Made by a program: the position numbers and the translations under genes. From an uncultured bacterium (GTDB lineage: Bacteria; UBP4; UBA4092), in NCBI GenBank assembly GCA_964644695.1, contig CAZXWN010000001.1, positions 704,805 through 768,804 on the forward strand: 64,000 nucleotides of DNA, read 5' to 3'. Below the pieces are notes generated by a model. That model was not told where the DNA came from. It was given only the letters and a program-made list of their open reading frames with translations, and did not search any database. Below, one piece after another: positions 32,753 to 43,588 of this stretch. Every line of letters starts with the position of its first letter. Positions within the stretch are counted from its first letter, which is position 1.

Positions 32753-33919
32753 ATGGCTGCCATCCCTTTATCATATAACCTGCGAAATCTTGTTGTGCGA
32801 TGGAAAAACACACTAATGACAGCCGTTAGTATCGCCTTAGTTGTCGCGGTTTTCATCATTATCATGTCATTGGCACAGGGGCTTAGGACAGCCTTCACCT
32901 CAACCGGTAATCCACACAATCTCCTGGTACTACGAAAAGGATCCAATTCAGAGACAACAAGTTTCATTACTATGGAACAATTCCAAATTCTCAAGAATCT
33001 ACAGGGAGTGGATTTATTGAAAACCGGTGAACCTATGGTAACGGGTGAATTATTAACCTTAATGAATTTGCCCCGTAAAGATGGGAAGACTGCCAATGTT
33101 ATTATTCGGGGAGTATTACCCAACACCTTTTCCATAAGAGATGGGGTCACCCTCAATAAAGGACAATTTTTTAAATCTGGATTAAGAGAATGTATTGTCA
33201 GTAAAACGCTGGCCAGCCGATTTAAAAATATGGAGATTGGTGATTCATTACGAATTGGTAAAGGATACTATAAAGTTGTTGGACACTTTGATGCTCAAGG
33301 GACTGCTTTTGGGTCTGAAATTTGGGCTGATATTCATCAAGTCGGTGCTGATTTCGATCGCCCAGAATATTCCAATACAATACTCAGAGTCTCTGATCCT
33401 AATCAGATTCAAAAACTTATTCGTCGTATAGATAATGATCGTTCTCTGAGCTTAAATGCCAGACCAGAACCTGAATATTATGCAGAACAAACTAAAACGG
33501 CTTTACCGATTCAAATATTCGGAAGTTTTCTAGCAGTTATTATGTCAATCGGTGCTGTTTTTGCAGCATTAAATACGATGTATGCCGCAGTAGCAAACCG
33601 TACACGAGAGATTGGAACCCTCAGAGTTTTAGGATTTACCCCTTTAAACATTATGGTTTCTTTTATGTTTGAATCCATACTGTTATCATTAATAGGTGGC
33701 ATTCTGGGATGTCTATTTTCATTACCAATTGATGGCCTTGCCACTGGAACTGTAAATTTTGATACATTTAGTGAGATTGCGTTTAATTTTCGAATTACTC
33801 CAATACTACTGGGAAAAGGAATTTTGTTTTCCCTGTTTATTGGTTTCATGGGTGGAGTCTTGCCCTCAATTTATGCTGCCCGCAGGCCTGTAATATCTGC
33901 GCTGCGAGAATTGGAATAA
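32753..33919 (+). CDS. ABC transporter permease, FtsX/MacB family
   Basis: YNLRNLVVRW, NTMYAAVANRTREIGTLRVLGF. Confidence 0.9.
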   Translation: MAAIPLSYNLRNLVVRWKNTLMTAVSIALVVAVFIIIMSLAQGLRTAFTSTGNPHNLLVLRKGSNSETTSFITMEQFQILKNLQGVDLLKTGEPMVTGELLTLMNLPRKDGKTANVIIRGVLPNTFSIRDGVTLNKGQFFKSGLRECIVSKTLASRFKNMEIGDSLRIGKGYYKVVGHFDAQGTAFGSEIWADIHQVGADFDRPEYSNTILRVSDPNQIQKLIRRIDNDRSLSLNARPEPEYYAEQTKTALPIQIFGSFLAVIMSIGAVFAALNTMYAAVANRTREIGTLRVLGFTPLNIMVSFMFESILLSLIGGILGCLFSLPIDGLATGTVNFDTFSEIAFNFRITPILLGKGILFSLFIGFMGGVLPSIYAARRPVISALRELE

Positions 33920-33942
33920 CATATTTCTTTGGAGGCTATGTT

Positions 33943-35295
33943 GTGCCTGAAAACGAATTAAACAGTAAAATTCAGAACCTGAAAATTTCTTCCGAGAAAA
34001 AAGGAAAACCCTCTTTGAAGAAATCCCGAAAAAAATGGTACATCCTTGGCAGTATAGGATTACTAATACTAATAATCATCTTAGTTAATTCGATGAGACC
34101 CCCAACGGTTGAAAGAGCACAAGTCACAATGATTGTCCCACCAAAGCCTGGTGAAGTGATTTTATCAGCCAGTGGCTATGTTGTTCCCAACCATCGAATT
34201 GAGCTGTCACCCAAAATTATTGGACGGGTTGTATGGATGGGAGTCGATAAAGGGGACCTTGTGAAAAAGGGGCAGATTATTGTAAGACTTGAAGCCGTTG
34301 ATTACGAAGCCCAAGTCCGCCAGGCAGAAGCTCAGGTTCAAAGCGCAAGAGCGCAATTAACGGAACTTCGTAACGGCTCTCGACCTGAGGAAATAGAAAT
34401 TGCCCGGGAAGCAATTACACTGGCAGAATCCAATCAATCTTACGCTTATGCAAACTATAAACGGCAAATAAACTTATTCCATGAAGGAGCCGTTTCGCGT
34501 GACGCACTTGAAAATGCTTCTACTCAATGGGTGGTATCTCAGACACAAGTTGTATCCGCCAAACAAAAGTTCCAATTAGCCCAAAAGGGGCCACGAGTCG
34601 AACAAATCCAGGCAGCCGAAGCTCAACTCAAATCCAGCCAGGCAGCTTTGGCTCTCACTCACAATCAACTCAAAGACACGGTCATCACATCTCCAGTAGA
34701 CGGTACCATTCTGGAAAGATTGGCAGAAGTGGGTGAATTGGTCACTAACACTAATTTTGGGGGAACCCGGGGTGCACGAAATGCCTTAGTATCCATTGCC
34801 AACCTCAATGACCTTCAAGTAGAGATTGATTTAAATGAAGGAGATATCCCGAAAATCCATTTAGGTCAAACAGCAACAATTCAATTGGAATCTTATCCAG
34901 ACTCGCCTTATGAAGGAAAAGTCGTAGAAATTGCTCCTGAGGCCAATAGGCAAAAAGCCACATTGCAATTGAAAGTTCAGGTTCTCAAACCAGACACTAG
35001 AATTAAACCGGAGATGAATGCCAAAGTATCCTTCATTAATGACCAGAAAGAAATGCCTGACAATGAAATAGTCCGATATTATATCCCATTTAAAGCCCTG
35101 GTGAAGCGCGATGGAAAAGAATACGTCTTTACTATTGATAAGAGTAAAAAGGTTAAGATGACTCCAGTCATTAAGGGAAAAGAATCTGAGCTAGGTTTGG
35201 AAATTCTTGAAGGGTTGTCTGGGCAGGAAACTGTTATTGTGAATCCTTCGTCCAAGATTTCTGATGGTATAAGAGTTGCTTTACCCAAGGAATAA
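33943..35295 (+). CDS. Efflux periplasmic adaptor (MacA/HlyD family)
   Basis: N-terminal [20 protein letters not shown] lipoyl-like motif, coiled coil, ITSPVDG. Confidence 0.9.
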   Translation: MPENELNSKIQNLKISSEKKGKPSLKKSRKKWYILGSIGLLILIIILVNSMRPPTVERAQVTMIVPPKPGEVILSASGYVVPNHRIELSPKIIGRVVWMGVDKGDLVKKGQIIVRLEAVDYEAQVRQAEAQVQSARAQLTELRNGSRPEEIEIAREAITLAESNQSYAYANYKRQINLFHEGAVSRDALENASTQWVVSQTQVVSAKQKFQLAQKGPRVEQIQAAEAQLKSSQAALALTHNQLKDTVITSPVDGTILERLAEVGELVTNTNFGGTRGARNALVSIANLNDLQVEIDLNEGDIPKIHLGQTATIQLESYPDSPYEGKVVEIAPEANRQKATLQLKVQVLKPDTRIKPEMNAKVSFINDQKEMPDNEIVRYYIPFKALVKRDGKEYVFTIDKSKKVKMTPVIKGKESELGLEILEGLSGQETVIVNPSSKISDGIRVALPKE

Positions 35296-35300
35296 ATAAC

Positions 35301-36005
35301 ATGTCTGACAAACCAATCATTCAATGCCAGGATATTTACAAATATTATGGCCAGGGAGATATTCAGGTTACAGCCTTGGAGGATATTGACATGTCCATCC
35401 ATGAAGGTGATTTTGTAGCACTTATGGGACCCTCTGGTTCAGGCAAGTCTACTTTACTACATATCCTTGCTGGGATTGACCGCCCCACAGAAGGTTCCTG
35501 CATTATTGATGGAATAAACATTTCTGAACTTACTGAAGATAACTTAGCCCGCTGGAGAAACCAGTACATAGGTTTCATTTTCCAAACATTCAATTTACTG
35601 CCCGTATTGACAGCCTTTGAAAATGTTGAGCTTCCCCTACTTTTAACCAGACTATCTTTAAAAGAAAGAAAAGAACATGTTATGAATGCACTCGATTTGG
35701 TAAGCCTTTCGGATAGAGCTCATCATTACCCCCGGCAATTATCCGGGGGACAGGAACAACGAGTAGCTATCGCCAGGGCTATTGTAACGGATCCAAGACT
35801 TATTCTGGCTGATGAGCCAACAGGTGATTTAGACGCTCATTCAGCTGAAGATGTGTTGCAAGTACTTACCTTACTTAATCGGGAAATGAAGAAAACAATC
35901 GTCATGGTAACCCATGATCCCAAGGCAGCACGATATTCCTCAATAACTCGGCATTTAGATAAGGGCATCTTACTTCCATTGGAATCCAATGCCCATACAT
36001 CCTGA
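35301..36005 (+). CDS. ABC ATP-binding protein (LolD/MacB type)
   Basis: [37 protein letters not shown]. Confidence 0.93.
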   Translation: MSDKPIIQCQDIYKYYGQGDIQVTALEDIDMSIHEGDFVALMGPSGSGKSTLLHILAGIDRPTEGSCIIDGINISELTEDNLARWRNQYIGFIFQTFNLLPVLTAFENVELPLLLTRLSLKERKEHVMNALDLVSLSDRAHHYPRQLSGGQEQRVAIARAIVTDPRLILADEPTGDLDAHSAEDVLQVLTLLNREMKKTIVMVTHDPKAARYSSITRHLDKGILLPLESNAHTS

Positions 36006-36006
36006 A

Positions 36007-37320
36007 TCACTTTTCTGGTTGATATAAATCTTCAGCCTGCCCCATAGACTTTGCTAAATTTGCCTTAGCCAGATTATATTCAAATTGTGCACGAATTAGA
36101 TTGTTCTGGGCACGAGCTAAAGTATCTTGCGCATCAACGACTTCAATATTTGTAGTCACGCCCGCAGTATAGCGACTTCGGGTCAGTTTTAATGTTATCT
36201 CTGCTGCCTTCACCCCTGATTGGGCACTTTCCACTTGCTGAGCGGCAGCCCCAAGAGCCAGAAGAGCATCCCGAACTTCATACTCTATCTGAGATTCCAC
36301 TTCTTTAATTTGAAGATCTTGCTGTGCAATTTGTGTTGTTACCTGGGCATAACGAGCTTCTACCCTTCCCCCATTAATGATAGGCCAGGTTACCCCTAAA
36401 CTTATTGAGTAGACAGAATCAGTATGACTCGGGTCTTCTCCAGAGAATCCAGCACCCGCCTGCAAACCCACCACAGGCCAAGATGCTGTTTTTTCCTTCT
36501 CAGCTAGTTTTAATAATGCTTTTTTTGTTTTGACAGCACTAATATAATCAGGACGTTTATCAAGACAGGCTGGATATATATTTGAGAAAACAACCACCGG
36601 AGTTTCATCATATTTCATGGCATCTGAAAGAACAATGGGCTGATCCTGTTCTATTCCAATATAACGGGATAAAGCCAATTTACTTTGTTCCCACAACACG
36701 CTAGTTTCAGATAATGTCTGCAGTTCGTTTTGATATTGGAGGTCAGCCCTTGATGTTTCCAGTCTACTCCCCATACCCGCCTTTTCAAATTTATCAGATT
36801 GTTCTTTCAGAGCTCCTGCCACATCAACCCGGGACACAGCAGCATCCAGCTGGGCTTTTGCCCGAAGCGTTTGTAGATATAAAACAATAGTCTGGAGAGT
36901 AACAGCCTCACGGCTTGCAGAATATCCGTCTTGGCTAACTTCTTCCTGTAGCTTAGAAGCCTCTACAGCTCGCTGTAAACTCCGGTTGAAAATAACCTGG
37001 GAAATGCCAAGTTTAGTATTGAAAGTATTATATTCAACAGTGCCACCCAGTGACGAACCGTTTGCAGACATACTAACTTCTTGTCGAGATTGCGCAAGAG
37101 TTCCTTCAATCTGAGGATACAATCCCGACTTAACTTCACGAGTCATCCAACCAGATTCCTCTACTTTCAACTTCTGTATTTGCAGAGGCCTACTCTGCTT
37201 CAAGGCAAGTCCGACAGCCTCTTTTAAAGTTAACGAATATTCTTTTATATCGTTTGCCCAACAAGAACTCCAAATAAATAATACGGTAATAAAAGCACTG
37301 CTAATGTATCTCAATTTCAT
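36007..37320 (-). CDS. TolC family outer membrane efflux protein
   Basis: Signal peptide, LTLKEAVGLAL, YTAGVTTNIEVVDAQ repeat pattern. Confidence 0.88.
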   Translation of the reverse strand: MKLRYISSAFITVLFIWSSCWANDIKEYSLTLKEAVGLALKQSRPLQIQKLKVEESGWMTREVKSGLYPQIEGTLAQSRQEVSMSANGSSLGGTVEYNTFNTKLGISQVIFNRSLQRAVEASKLQEEVSQDGYSASREAVTLQTIVLYLQTLRAKAQLDAAVSRVDVAGALKEQSDKFEKAGMGSRLETSRADLQYQNELQTLSETSVLWEQSKLALSRYIGIEQDQPIVLSDAMKYDETPVVVFSNIYPACLDKRPDYISAVKTKKALLKLAEKEKTASWPVVGLQAGAGFSGEDPSHTDSVYSISLGVTWPIINGGRVEARYAQVTTQIAQQDLQIKEVESQIEYEVRDALLALGAAAQQVESAQSGVKAAEITLKLTRSRYTAGVTTNIEVVDAQDTLARAQNNLIRAQFEYNLAKANLAKSMGQAEDLYQPEK

Positions 37321-37353
37321 AAAGAGTCTCCTTATATCCAGTATCAATTCGTT

Positions 37354-38490
37354 CTAACTCAATTTCTTCTTGAATCGTACCATCGCCGCCAGGAATAATA
37401 ACAATCCCATTCCACTTAAGATAAGAACATCTTTAGAAAGATCTTCCAATGAGGCACTCCGTAATATAATACCTCTCAAGATATTCATGTAATAGGTGGC
37501 TGGTAATAGTGAACTAATACTATAAAATATCCAAGGCATTGTAAATCGGGGGAATATAAATCCCGATAGAAAAACAGATGGCAGCAAGGTCACCATGGAC
37601 ATTTGAACAGCTTGAACCTGTGAGGTAGCTTTGGTAGAAATCAATAACCCAATACTAAGATTCACAAAAATGAAGAGTGTGGTCAATAACATCAACAGCA
37701 AGAAGCTCCCCGCAATGGGCACTTTAAAGACAACCACCAATAGCCAAAATAAAAACATTGCTTCGGCCCAGGCTAACAGGATGTATGGAATCATCTTTCC
37801 TAAAAGCAATCCAAACTTACTCAAAGGTGTAACCATCAACTGTTCTAAGGTTCCCCGTTCTCGTTCTCTCACAATGGCAAATGCAGTAAGAAAAGTAGTA
37901 ACCAACTGGAGAGCCACCCCAATAACTCCCGGTACAAAAAAGTTTTCCGATCGTAAATCAGGATTGTACAAAACTTTAGGCCTTGATTCTATGGGTAAAT
38001 TTTTCATCGAAGTACCTGACTGTCGTGTCAGCTGCTCTAAGGAACTCATAAATGCCACATTGTTACTTACATTAAGAGCTTGTGAAGCAAGAGTGTTATT
38101 CGACCCATCAATTAATGTCAGGAAGGTGGCTGATTTACCTGTTGCCAGATTATTTGAATAATCAGGAGGGATTTTGATTCCCACATAGACTTCCCCTCGG
38201 GTAAGAGCACTCATCATCTCTTTTTCACTTTTTACTTCCCGGATAATATCAATATATTGCGTATTTTCTATCTTGGATACTAATTCCCGACTGGCTTGCC
38301 TACCATCCTGATTCAGAAGTACGGCAGGAGTATGTTTCACATCTGTTTTGATGGCAAAACCAAAAGCCAACACCTGAATAAGTGGCGGCAGGAAAGCAAA
38401 GAATATCGTTAAAGGATCCCGTAACATCGTCAGCAATTCTTTATAAAGAATCGCATATAATCCTCGAAAAGGAGAGAATCGCTTATACAT
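37354..38490 (-). CDS. ABC-2 permease (YbhR/YbhS-like)
   Basis: YNPDL, AIVRERERGTLEQLMVTP, LSGFIFP. Confidence 0.9.
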   Translation of the reverse strand: MYKRFSPFRGLYAILYKELLTMLRDPLTIFFAFLPPLIQVLAFGFAIKTDVKHTPAVLLNQDGRQASRELVSKIENTQYIDIIREVKSEKEMMSALTRGEVYVGIKIPPDYSNNLATGKSATFLTLIDGSNNTLASQALNVSNNVAFMSSLEQLTRQSGTSMKNLPIESRPKVLYNPDLRSENFFVPGVIGVALQLVTTFLTAFAIVRERERGTLEQLMVTPLSKFGLLLGKMIPYILLAWAEAMFLFWLLVVVFKVPIAGSFLLLMLLTTLFIFVNLSIGLLISTKATSQVQAVQMSMVTLLPSVFLSGFIFPRFTMPWIFYSISSLLPATYYMNILRGIILRSASLEDLSKDVLILSGMGLLLFLAAMVRFKKKLS

Positions 38491-39439
38491 GTGACTTATT
38501 CTCCTTACTTTTCAACTGAGTTAATGTTACAAAGACATCCTCTAATGAAGGCTGAATCGGGCGTGCATCCACATACTTTAAGCCCTCATTTTTTAAAAGC
38601 GAAACTAGATCTTGAGGATTCAATGATTCTTCTATCAATAGGTGGATTGCTTGACCAAATATGGTTGCTTCTGCAACTCCAGGATAATGCCTCAATAACC
38701 GCAATCCCGTCGTAGCAGGTTCACAATCAACCTCAATTCGATGATATCCCTTAGGATTTACTTCTGGCAATTGCTTCAGTTCATCAGGATCACCTAATAC
38801 CATCAATTTCGATAGATAGATATAACCGATATGACTACACCGTTCAGCTTCATCCATATAGTGTGTAGTGACAAAGAAAGTAATACCTTGCCCGGATAAT
38901 TGAAACAATAAATCCCATAAGTCTCTTCGAGCAACGGGGTCAATACCTGCTGTAGGCTCATCCAAAAAGACTAACTCCGGACTGTGTATCATGGCACAAG
39001 CTAAGGCTAATCGCTGTTTCCAACCTCCAGAAAGCTGCCCTGCGCGCCTGTCCATATAAGGTTCTAATCCTGTCAGATGATATAGTTCTTCCTGGCGGTT
39101 TCGCAAAGCAGTACCGGTAACCCCATAAAGATGCCCATAAAAATAGATATTCTCTTTGACCGTCATTTCCTCATATAGACTAAACTTCTGGGACATATAT
39201 CCAATCCGAGATTTTATCTCCTCAGGGTGTTTAGAAATATCCAAACCTAAAACAGTTGCATGTCCGGCCGAGGGAGATAATATTCCACACAGCATCCGAA
39301 TCACCGTCGATTTACCCGATCCATTGGGTCCAAGAAAACCAAAGATACTCCCTTTGGTTACATCAAAGGACACATCATCCACAGCGGTAAATTTACCAAA
39401 TCGCCGGGTTAGTTTGTTCACAACCACTGGTTTATCCAT
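38483..39439 (-). CDS. ABC ATP-binding protein (YbhF-like, single domain)
   Basis: GPNGSGKST, YMSQKFSLY, LSGGWKQRL, LDEPTAGID, TTHYMDEAE. Confidence 0.92.
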   Translation of the reverse strand: MDKPVVVNKLTRRFGKFTAVDDVSFDVTKGSIFGFLGPNGSGKSTVIRMLCGILSPSAGHATVLGLDISKHPEEIKSRIGYMSQKFSLYEEMTVKENIYFYGHLYGVTGTALRNRQEELYHLTGLEPYMDRRAGQLSGGWKQRLALACAMIHSPELVFLDEPTAGIDPVARRDLWDLLFQLSGQGITFFVTTHYMDEAERCSHIGYIYLSKLMVLGDPDELKQLPEVNPKGYHRIEVDCEPATTGLRLLRHYPGVAEATIFGQAIHLLIEESLNPQDLVSLLKNEGLKYVDARPIQPSLEDVFVTLTQLKSKENKSHV

Positions 39440-39441
39440 GT

Positions 39442-40482
39442 TTATCTCCGTGTAATTCCTTCCAGAGTGACATCCGCTCCCATACCGGCTCTGAGTTTAT
39501 CACCCTGATTATTTATCTGGACTTTGACGCCAAACACGGTATTAACTCTTTCTTCAACAGTTTGCACATTACGTGGCGTAAACTCTGCCTGTCGATTTAT
39601 CTGGATCACCTGGCCCTTAAATACTTCACCCGGAAAGGAGTCCACTTTTATATCAGCAATTTGATTATTTTTAATCTGTCCCAAATAGTTCTCTGGAACA
39701 TAAATCTTTATCCAGAGGGAATTGGGTTTTATTAATGTCAGAGCGGATTGATTTGCATTCAGCAAATCTCCAGGTTGTAAATCACATACCTCCACAACAC
39801 CATCCTCAGGGGCCACGATTGCCAATTCATTCAAACGGCTTTGCACTTCATTTAGGGATTGCTGCGCCACCACCATCTGCGATTTAGCATAGTCAACATC
39901 AGCACGAGCCTGTTGAATTTCTTCTTTCCGTGGACCCTCTTTTATCAGAGACAAGGTTTCCATTGCAGATTTTTCTTGAGACTCTAAAATGCTGACTTGG
40001 TTCAAAACACTGTCATATTGCTGCCGGGATACTGCGCCATCATTGTATAATTCAGTGTACCTTTTTGCATCTTTTCGGGAGAGCGCGAGTTTTTCTTGAA
40101 TGGATTTCATGTCTGCTCGAGCACGGTCAATCTCTTGTGGCCGGCTTCCTGCCAGAAGCTGCGACAATCGAGATTGTCGCTGACGAGCAAGGTCTTCTCC
40201 TGCTTTAAGGCTTCCTCGGGCTTGAGCCTCACGGGATACTAAGTCCTCTGCTTCCAATCGTACTAATATCTGCCCTTTTTTAACACTGTCACCTTCTTTA
40301 ACCAAGACTTCCTTTACTCTGCCACCATTACGTGAACCTACCCGAATATCGTCAGCTTCTATGGTGCCATTAAAAAACAATGATTTATCATCTGTGGCTC
40401 TCTTCGTCGAACATCCACTCATAACAATCAGGATTCCCAATAAAACGAATATGATATTTTTGGATCGCATGATATAGTTCAT
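39442..40482 (-). CDS. HlyD family adaptor (YbhG-like), possible lipoprotein
   Basis: MSGC lipobox-like site, GGRVKEVLVKEGD, AEFTPRNVQT. Confidence 0.9.
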   Translation of the reverse strand: MNYIMRSKNIIFVLLGILIVMSGCSTKRATDDKSLFFNGTIEADDIRVGSRNGGRVKEVLVKEGDSVKKGQILVRLEAEDLVSREAQARGSLKAGEDLARQRQSRLSQLLAGSRPQEIDRARADMKSIQEKLALSRKDAKRYTELYNDGAVSRQQYDSVLNQVSILESQEKSAMETLSLIKEGPRKEEIQQARADVDYAKSQMVVAQQSLNEVQSRLNELAIVAPEDGVVEVCDLQPGDLLNANQSALTLIKPNSLWIKIYVPENYLGQIKNNQIADIKVDSFPGEVFKGQVIQINRQAEFTPRNVQTVEERVNTVFGVKVQINNQGDKLRAGMGADVTLEGITRR

Positions 40483-41081
40483 CCCTTCTTTATTTGTTTT
40501 AAGCCACTAACGGCAAAAAGAGCTGTTTCGTGAGCGAGCTTTCGATACATATCGTCAGCTTTAATTTCTTTTGGCTTCAAATACATCAAGACCATATGAA
40601 CGGTCACGGCATGAGTACAAAGCGATATGATGTGGTAGGCCGAAAAGGTTGAATCACTCACATGAAAAATACCTTCCTTAATTCCATCTTCAATAATTGC
40701 GTTTACATTACGAAAATTAACTTTAATAAAAGGTTCCATTGCTTTTAACGCCCGAGGCTCTTCATTGGACATTTCACGGAGTATCAACCTTATTTTGTTG
40801 CGTTGTTTCAATGCCATATACATAAAATCTTCGACATATACCAAAAGACGTTCATCGGGTGGACCCGACATCTCAGATATTTCAAAGATTCGTTTGGCGA
40901 CATCCTTAACAGCATCCTGTATCACTGCCGTGTATAAATTCTCTTTTCCACCAAAATGATATGTAATGGCTCCCAGATTAACTTTTGCTTTATCCGTAAT
41001 CATCCGGATAGAGACTCCTTCATATCCATAACGGGAAAATAAATCTCGAGAGATGTTTATGATGAGTTGCCTGGTATCCAC
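40479..41081 (-). CDS. TetR family regulator (CecR/YbiH-like)
   Basis: LFSRYGYEGVSIRMI...VNLGAITYHFGGKENLY; first gene of a ybhGFSR-like operon. Confidence 0.9.
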   Translation of the reverse strand: MDTRQLIINISRDLFSRYGYEGVSIRMITDKAKVNLGAITYHFGGKENLYTAVIQDAVKDVAKRIFEISEMSGPPDERLLVYVEDFMYMALKQRNKIRLILREMSNEEPRALKAMEPFIKVNFRNVNAIIEDGIKEGIFHVSDSTFSAYHIISLCTHAVTVHMVLMYLKPKEIKADDMYRKLAHETALFAVSGLKQIKKG

Positions 41082-41111
41082 TTTCTTCGGACTCCTTATT
41101 TATTTATTCAT

Positions 41112-41153
41112 TCATACATTTGTATGATATTTCAAATCAGAAGTTCCTGTCAA
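41112..41153 (-). promoter_or_regulatory. Promoter with overlapping putative TetR operator
   Basis: Minus strand TTGACA-18 bp-TATCAT; palindrome TCATACA-tt-TGTATGA at 41112-41127 overlaps the -10. Confidence 0.6.
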
Positions 41154-41177
41154 GCGAAGAAGTATTATTCAATAAAT

Positions 41178-41702
41178 CTAGTAGTAGAAAACGCCAATCA
41201 AACCACTGATAAGAATGGGCCAAAAAGGAGAGACACGGGTGCGGGTAAGAACTAAAAAAACGGCCGCAAAACAGAACAGACTATAGTAATCAACCACTGA
41301 AGCGGCTGTCAGTGTATATGTTGCAGAAGCCATCAAACCAATCACGGCGGCAGTAGCATAAGTCAAAGCCCCCTGAAATAATCTGTTAGACTCCAGCCAG
41401 GAATAGAAACGGGAGGAAAGATATACCAGGATGATTGAAGGAGTAAATATTCCAAAGGTTGCTGCAGTTGCACCACCCCATGACAAAATACGATACCCAA
41501 TAAAAGTAGCCATAATTGCCGCAGGACCTGGAGTAATCATCCCCACAGCCACCGCATCCTGTACTTCACGAAGGGACAACCAATGGTGAATATCCACAAA
41601 TTCATGTTGGATTATTGGGATCATTCCAATCCCACCACCAAAGGTAAATAATCCAATCACGAAAAATAAGTAAAACAGACCAAATAAAGTTGGGGGCATC
41701 AT
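41178..41702 (-). CDS. Short-chain chromate transporter (CHR family)
   Basis: IGLFTFGGG, ITPGP, ATFIGY. Confidence 0.88.
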   Translation of the reverse strand: MMPPTLFGLFYLFFVIGLFTFGGGIGMIPIIQHEFVDIHHWLSLREVQDAVAVGMITPGPAAIMATFIGYRILSWGGATAATFGIFTPSIILVYLSSRFYSWLESNRLFQGALTYATAAVIGLMASATYTLTAASVVDYYSLFCFAAVFLVLTRTRVSPFWPILISGLIGVFYY

Positions 41703-42262
41703 TATTTCAGACTTCCTTTAGGAGGATTCATAAAGGTTAAACCAACACCAACGATTCCCATTCCTAAAATGACCCATACAGGATGTAAATGGCAATATTC
41801 TAAAAGAACAAAAGAAATAATTCCCGCACCAATCAAAAGCCAATGCCGCAATGATTTCCATCCCATCCGCCATGTTAATGAGGCAAGAGCCGCAGCAACG
41901 GCAGGTCCTAAACCTTTAAAAAAGTTCTTTAGCCACAGTTGGTCTTTGGCCAGAGAATAAAATGTAGCAAAGGCAATAACGACAAAAAAGGAAGGAAGGA
42001 CCAATGCGAGCAGTGTAATCAATAATCCCCAGATACCGCATAATCTATACGCAATAAATCCAGAAACATTACATATTATGACGCCAGGAATCGTCTGCCC
42101 AATTGTCATTGCTCGGAAAAATTCATCATGATCAATCCATTTTAAGCGGTGAACCAATTCATGTTCAATCAGTGTTAACATGGCCAACCCACCCCCAATG
42201 GATTGGAGCCCAATTTTCAAAAATACAAAAAACAATTCTCGTTTTGAGACTTGGGAAGACAA
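41702..42262 (-). CDS. Short-chain chromate transporter (CHR family)
   Basis: KIGLQSIGGG, GQTIPG, VLPSF; paired with the neighbouring CHR gene. Confidence 0.88.
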   Translation of the reverse strand: MSSQVSKRELFFVFLKIGLQSIGGGLAMLTLIEHELVHRLKWIDHDEFFRAMTIGQTIPGVIICNVSGFIAYRLCGIWGLLITLLALVLPSFFVVIAFATFYSLAKDQLWLKNFFKGLGPAVAAALASLTWRMGWKSLRHWLLIGAGIISFVLLEYCHLHPVWVILGMGIVGVGLTFMNPPKGSLK

Positions 42263-42268
42263 TCTGGG

Positions 42269-43237
42269 TTACTCCCCTTTCTTTAAGGCTTCGTCAACCT
42301 CTTTCTCAAGAGCGCTCTTTTCTGTTTCAGGGATGAGTAAGGAAAGGATAATGGAGAGTCCCAAAGTTAAAACAACTACGGCTAAGGCCCATCCAATCGG
42401 AAAAACAAACCAATGATGTATCAACATCTTGAATCCAATAAATACAAGGATGGCAGCTAAACCGTAGTGCAGGAATCGGAATAGCGGCATCAGCCCAGCC
42501 AAGGCAAAGAATAATGCTCTTAACCCTAATACGGCAAAGATATTAGATGAAAAAGCGATAAATCCATCTCGGGTAATAGATAATATTGCCGGAATTGAAT
42601 CAACCGCAAAGACCACATCCGTTGATTCAATAGCAATCAAGACAATCACTAGAGGCGTTGCTAATATTTTCCCATCAACTCGTGTAAAAAACTTATCACC
42701 GACATAATCTTTAGTTATTGGGAGATGTTTACGAATAAACAAAAGAATGGGATTCCGCTCAGGATGAATTTCCTCATCCCCCTTCTTTAGCATCTTAATA
42801 CCTGTATATAAAAGGAAGGCCCCAAAGATATAAATTACCCACTCAAAGCGGGTAATCAAGGCTAATCCAGCGCCAATAAAGAAAGCCCTGAAAACCACGG
42901 CACCTAGAATACCCCAGTATAAAACACCATGACGATTTTGAGGTTTTACATTGAAAAAAGAGAAAATCAGTAAGAAAACGAAGAGGTTATCAACACTTAA
43001 AGCTTTTTCGATGATATACCCTGTAAGAAATTGATTTCCAGCCTCATGGCCCTTCACATAATAAACCAAGACATTAAATAAAAGAGCCGGAACTATCCAA
43101 TATACGCAGAGGAGTAAAGATTCTCTAATCTTAATCTCATGAGCTTTTCGATTCAAAACCAGTAAATCAACAATCAATAAAATAATCGTTACAAGGATGA
43201 AGATCGTCCATAACCAAAAATCGGGATGTTGTGTCAT
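42269..43237 (-). CDS. TerC/Alx family membrane protein
   Basis: EKALSVDNLFVF, IESTDVVFAVDSIPAI, SNIFAVLGLRALFF; likely ATG 43237. Confidence 0.92.
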   Translation of the reverse strand: MTQHPDFWLWTIFILVTIILLIVDLLVLNRKAHEIKIRESLLLCVYWIVPALLFNVLVYYVKGHEAGNQFLTGYIIEKALSVDNLFVFLLIFSFFNVKPQNRHGVLYWGILGAVVFRAFFIGAGLALITRFEWVIYIFGAFLLYTGIKMLKKGDEEIHPERNPILLFIRKHLPITKDYVGDKFFTRVDGKILATPLVIVLIAIESTDVVFAVDSIPAILSITRDGFIAFSSNIFAVLGLRALFFALAGLMPLFRFLHYGLAAILVFIGFKMLIHHWFVFPIGWALAVVVLTLGLSIILSLLIPETEKSALEKEVDEALKKGE

Positions 43238-43341
43238 GAGATTCCTTTTCCTGTCAATATCAAGAGTCAGATTGAATCTATATTTTACCATGTTGACAGA
43301 TTCAGACACTTAATCTAAGCAACTCAATATTTGCCGCAAAA

Positions 43342-43386
43342 CGAAGAAACCACGGACTTGCTCCGAGCAGCTCCGTAGTTTCTTCG
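43342..43386. repeat. Palindromic REP-like element, copy 2
   Basis: cgaagaaaccacggacttgctc-c-gagcagctccgtagtttcttcg. Confidence 0.8.
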
Positions 43387-43520
43387 ACAAATCTCAGGTA
43401 TTTATCAATTATTCCGATTATGTAAACATATTTAATAATCAAAGAGTACTATAGTTGCATTAAGATAAAATTAATTGAGATAAGTAGTGAGAACAGGATA
43501 ATCACTCCCGTCATAAGAGT

Positions 43521-43549
43521 TTGACACTCCATAGAATCTCACTTATTAT
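43521..43549 (+). promoter_or_regulatory. Sigma70-type promoter
   Basis: TTGACA-17 bp-TATTAT upstream of 43589. Confidence 0.6.
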
Positions 43550-43588
43550 TTGAAATCATACTAAAAGAACGGATTCAGGAATAAACTT

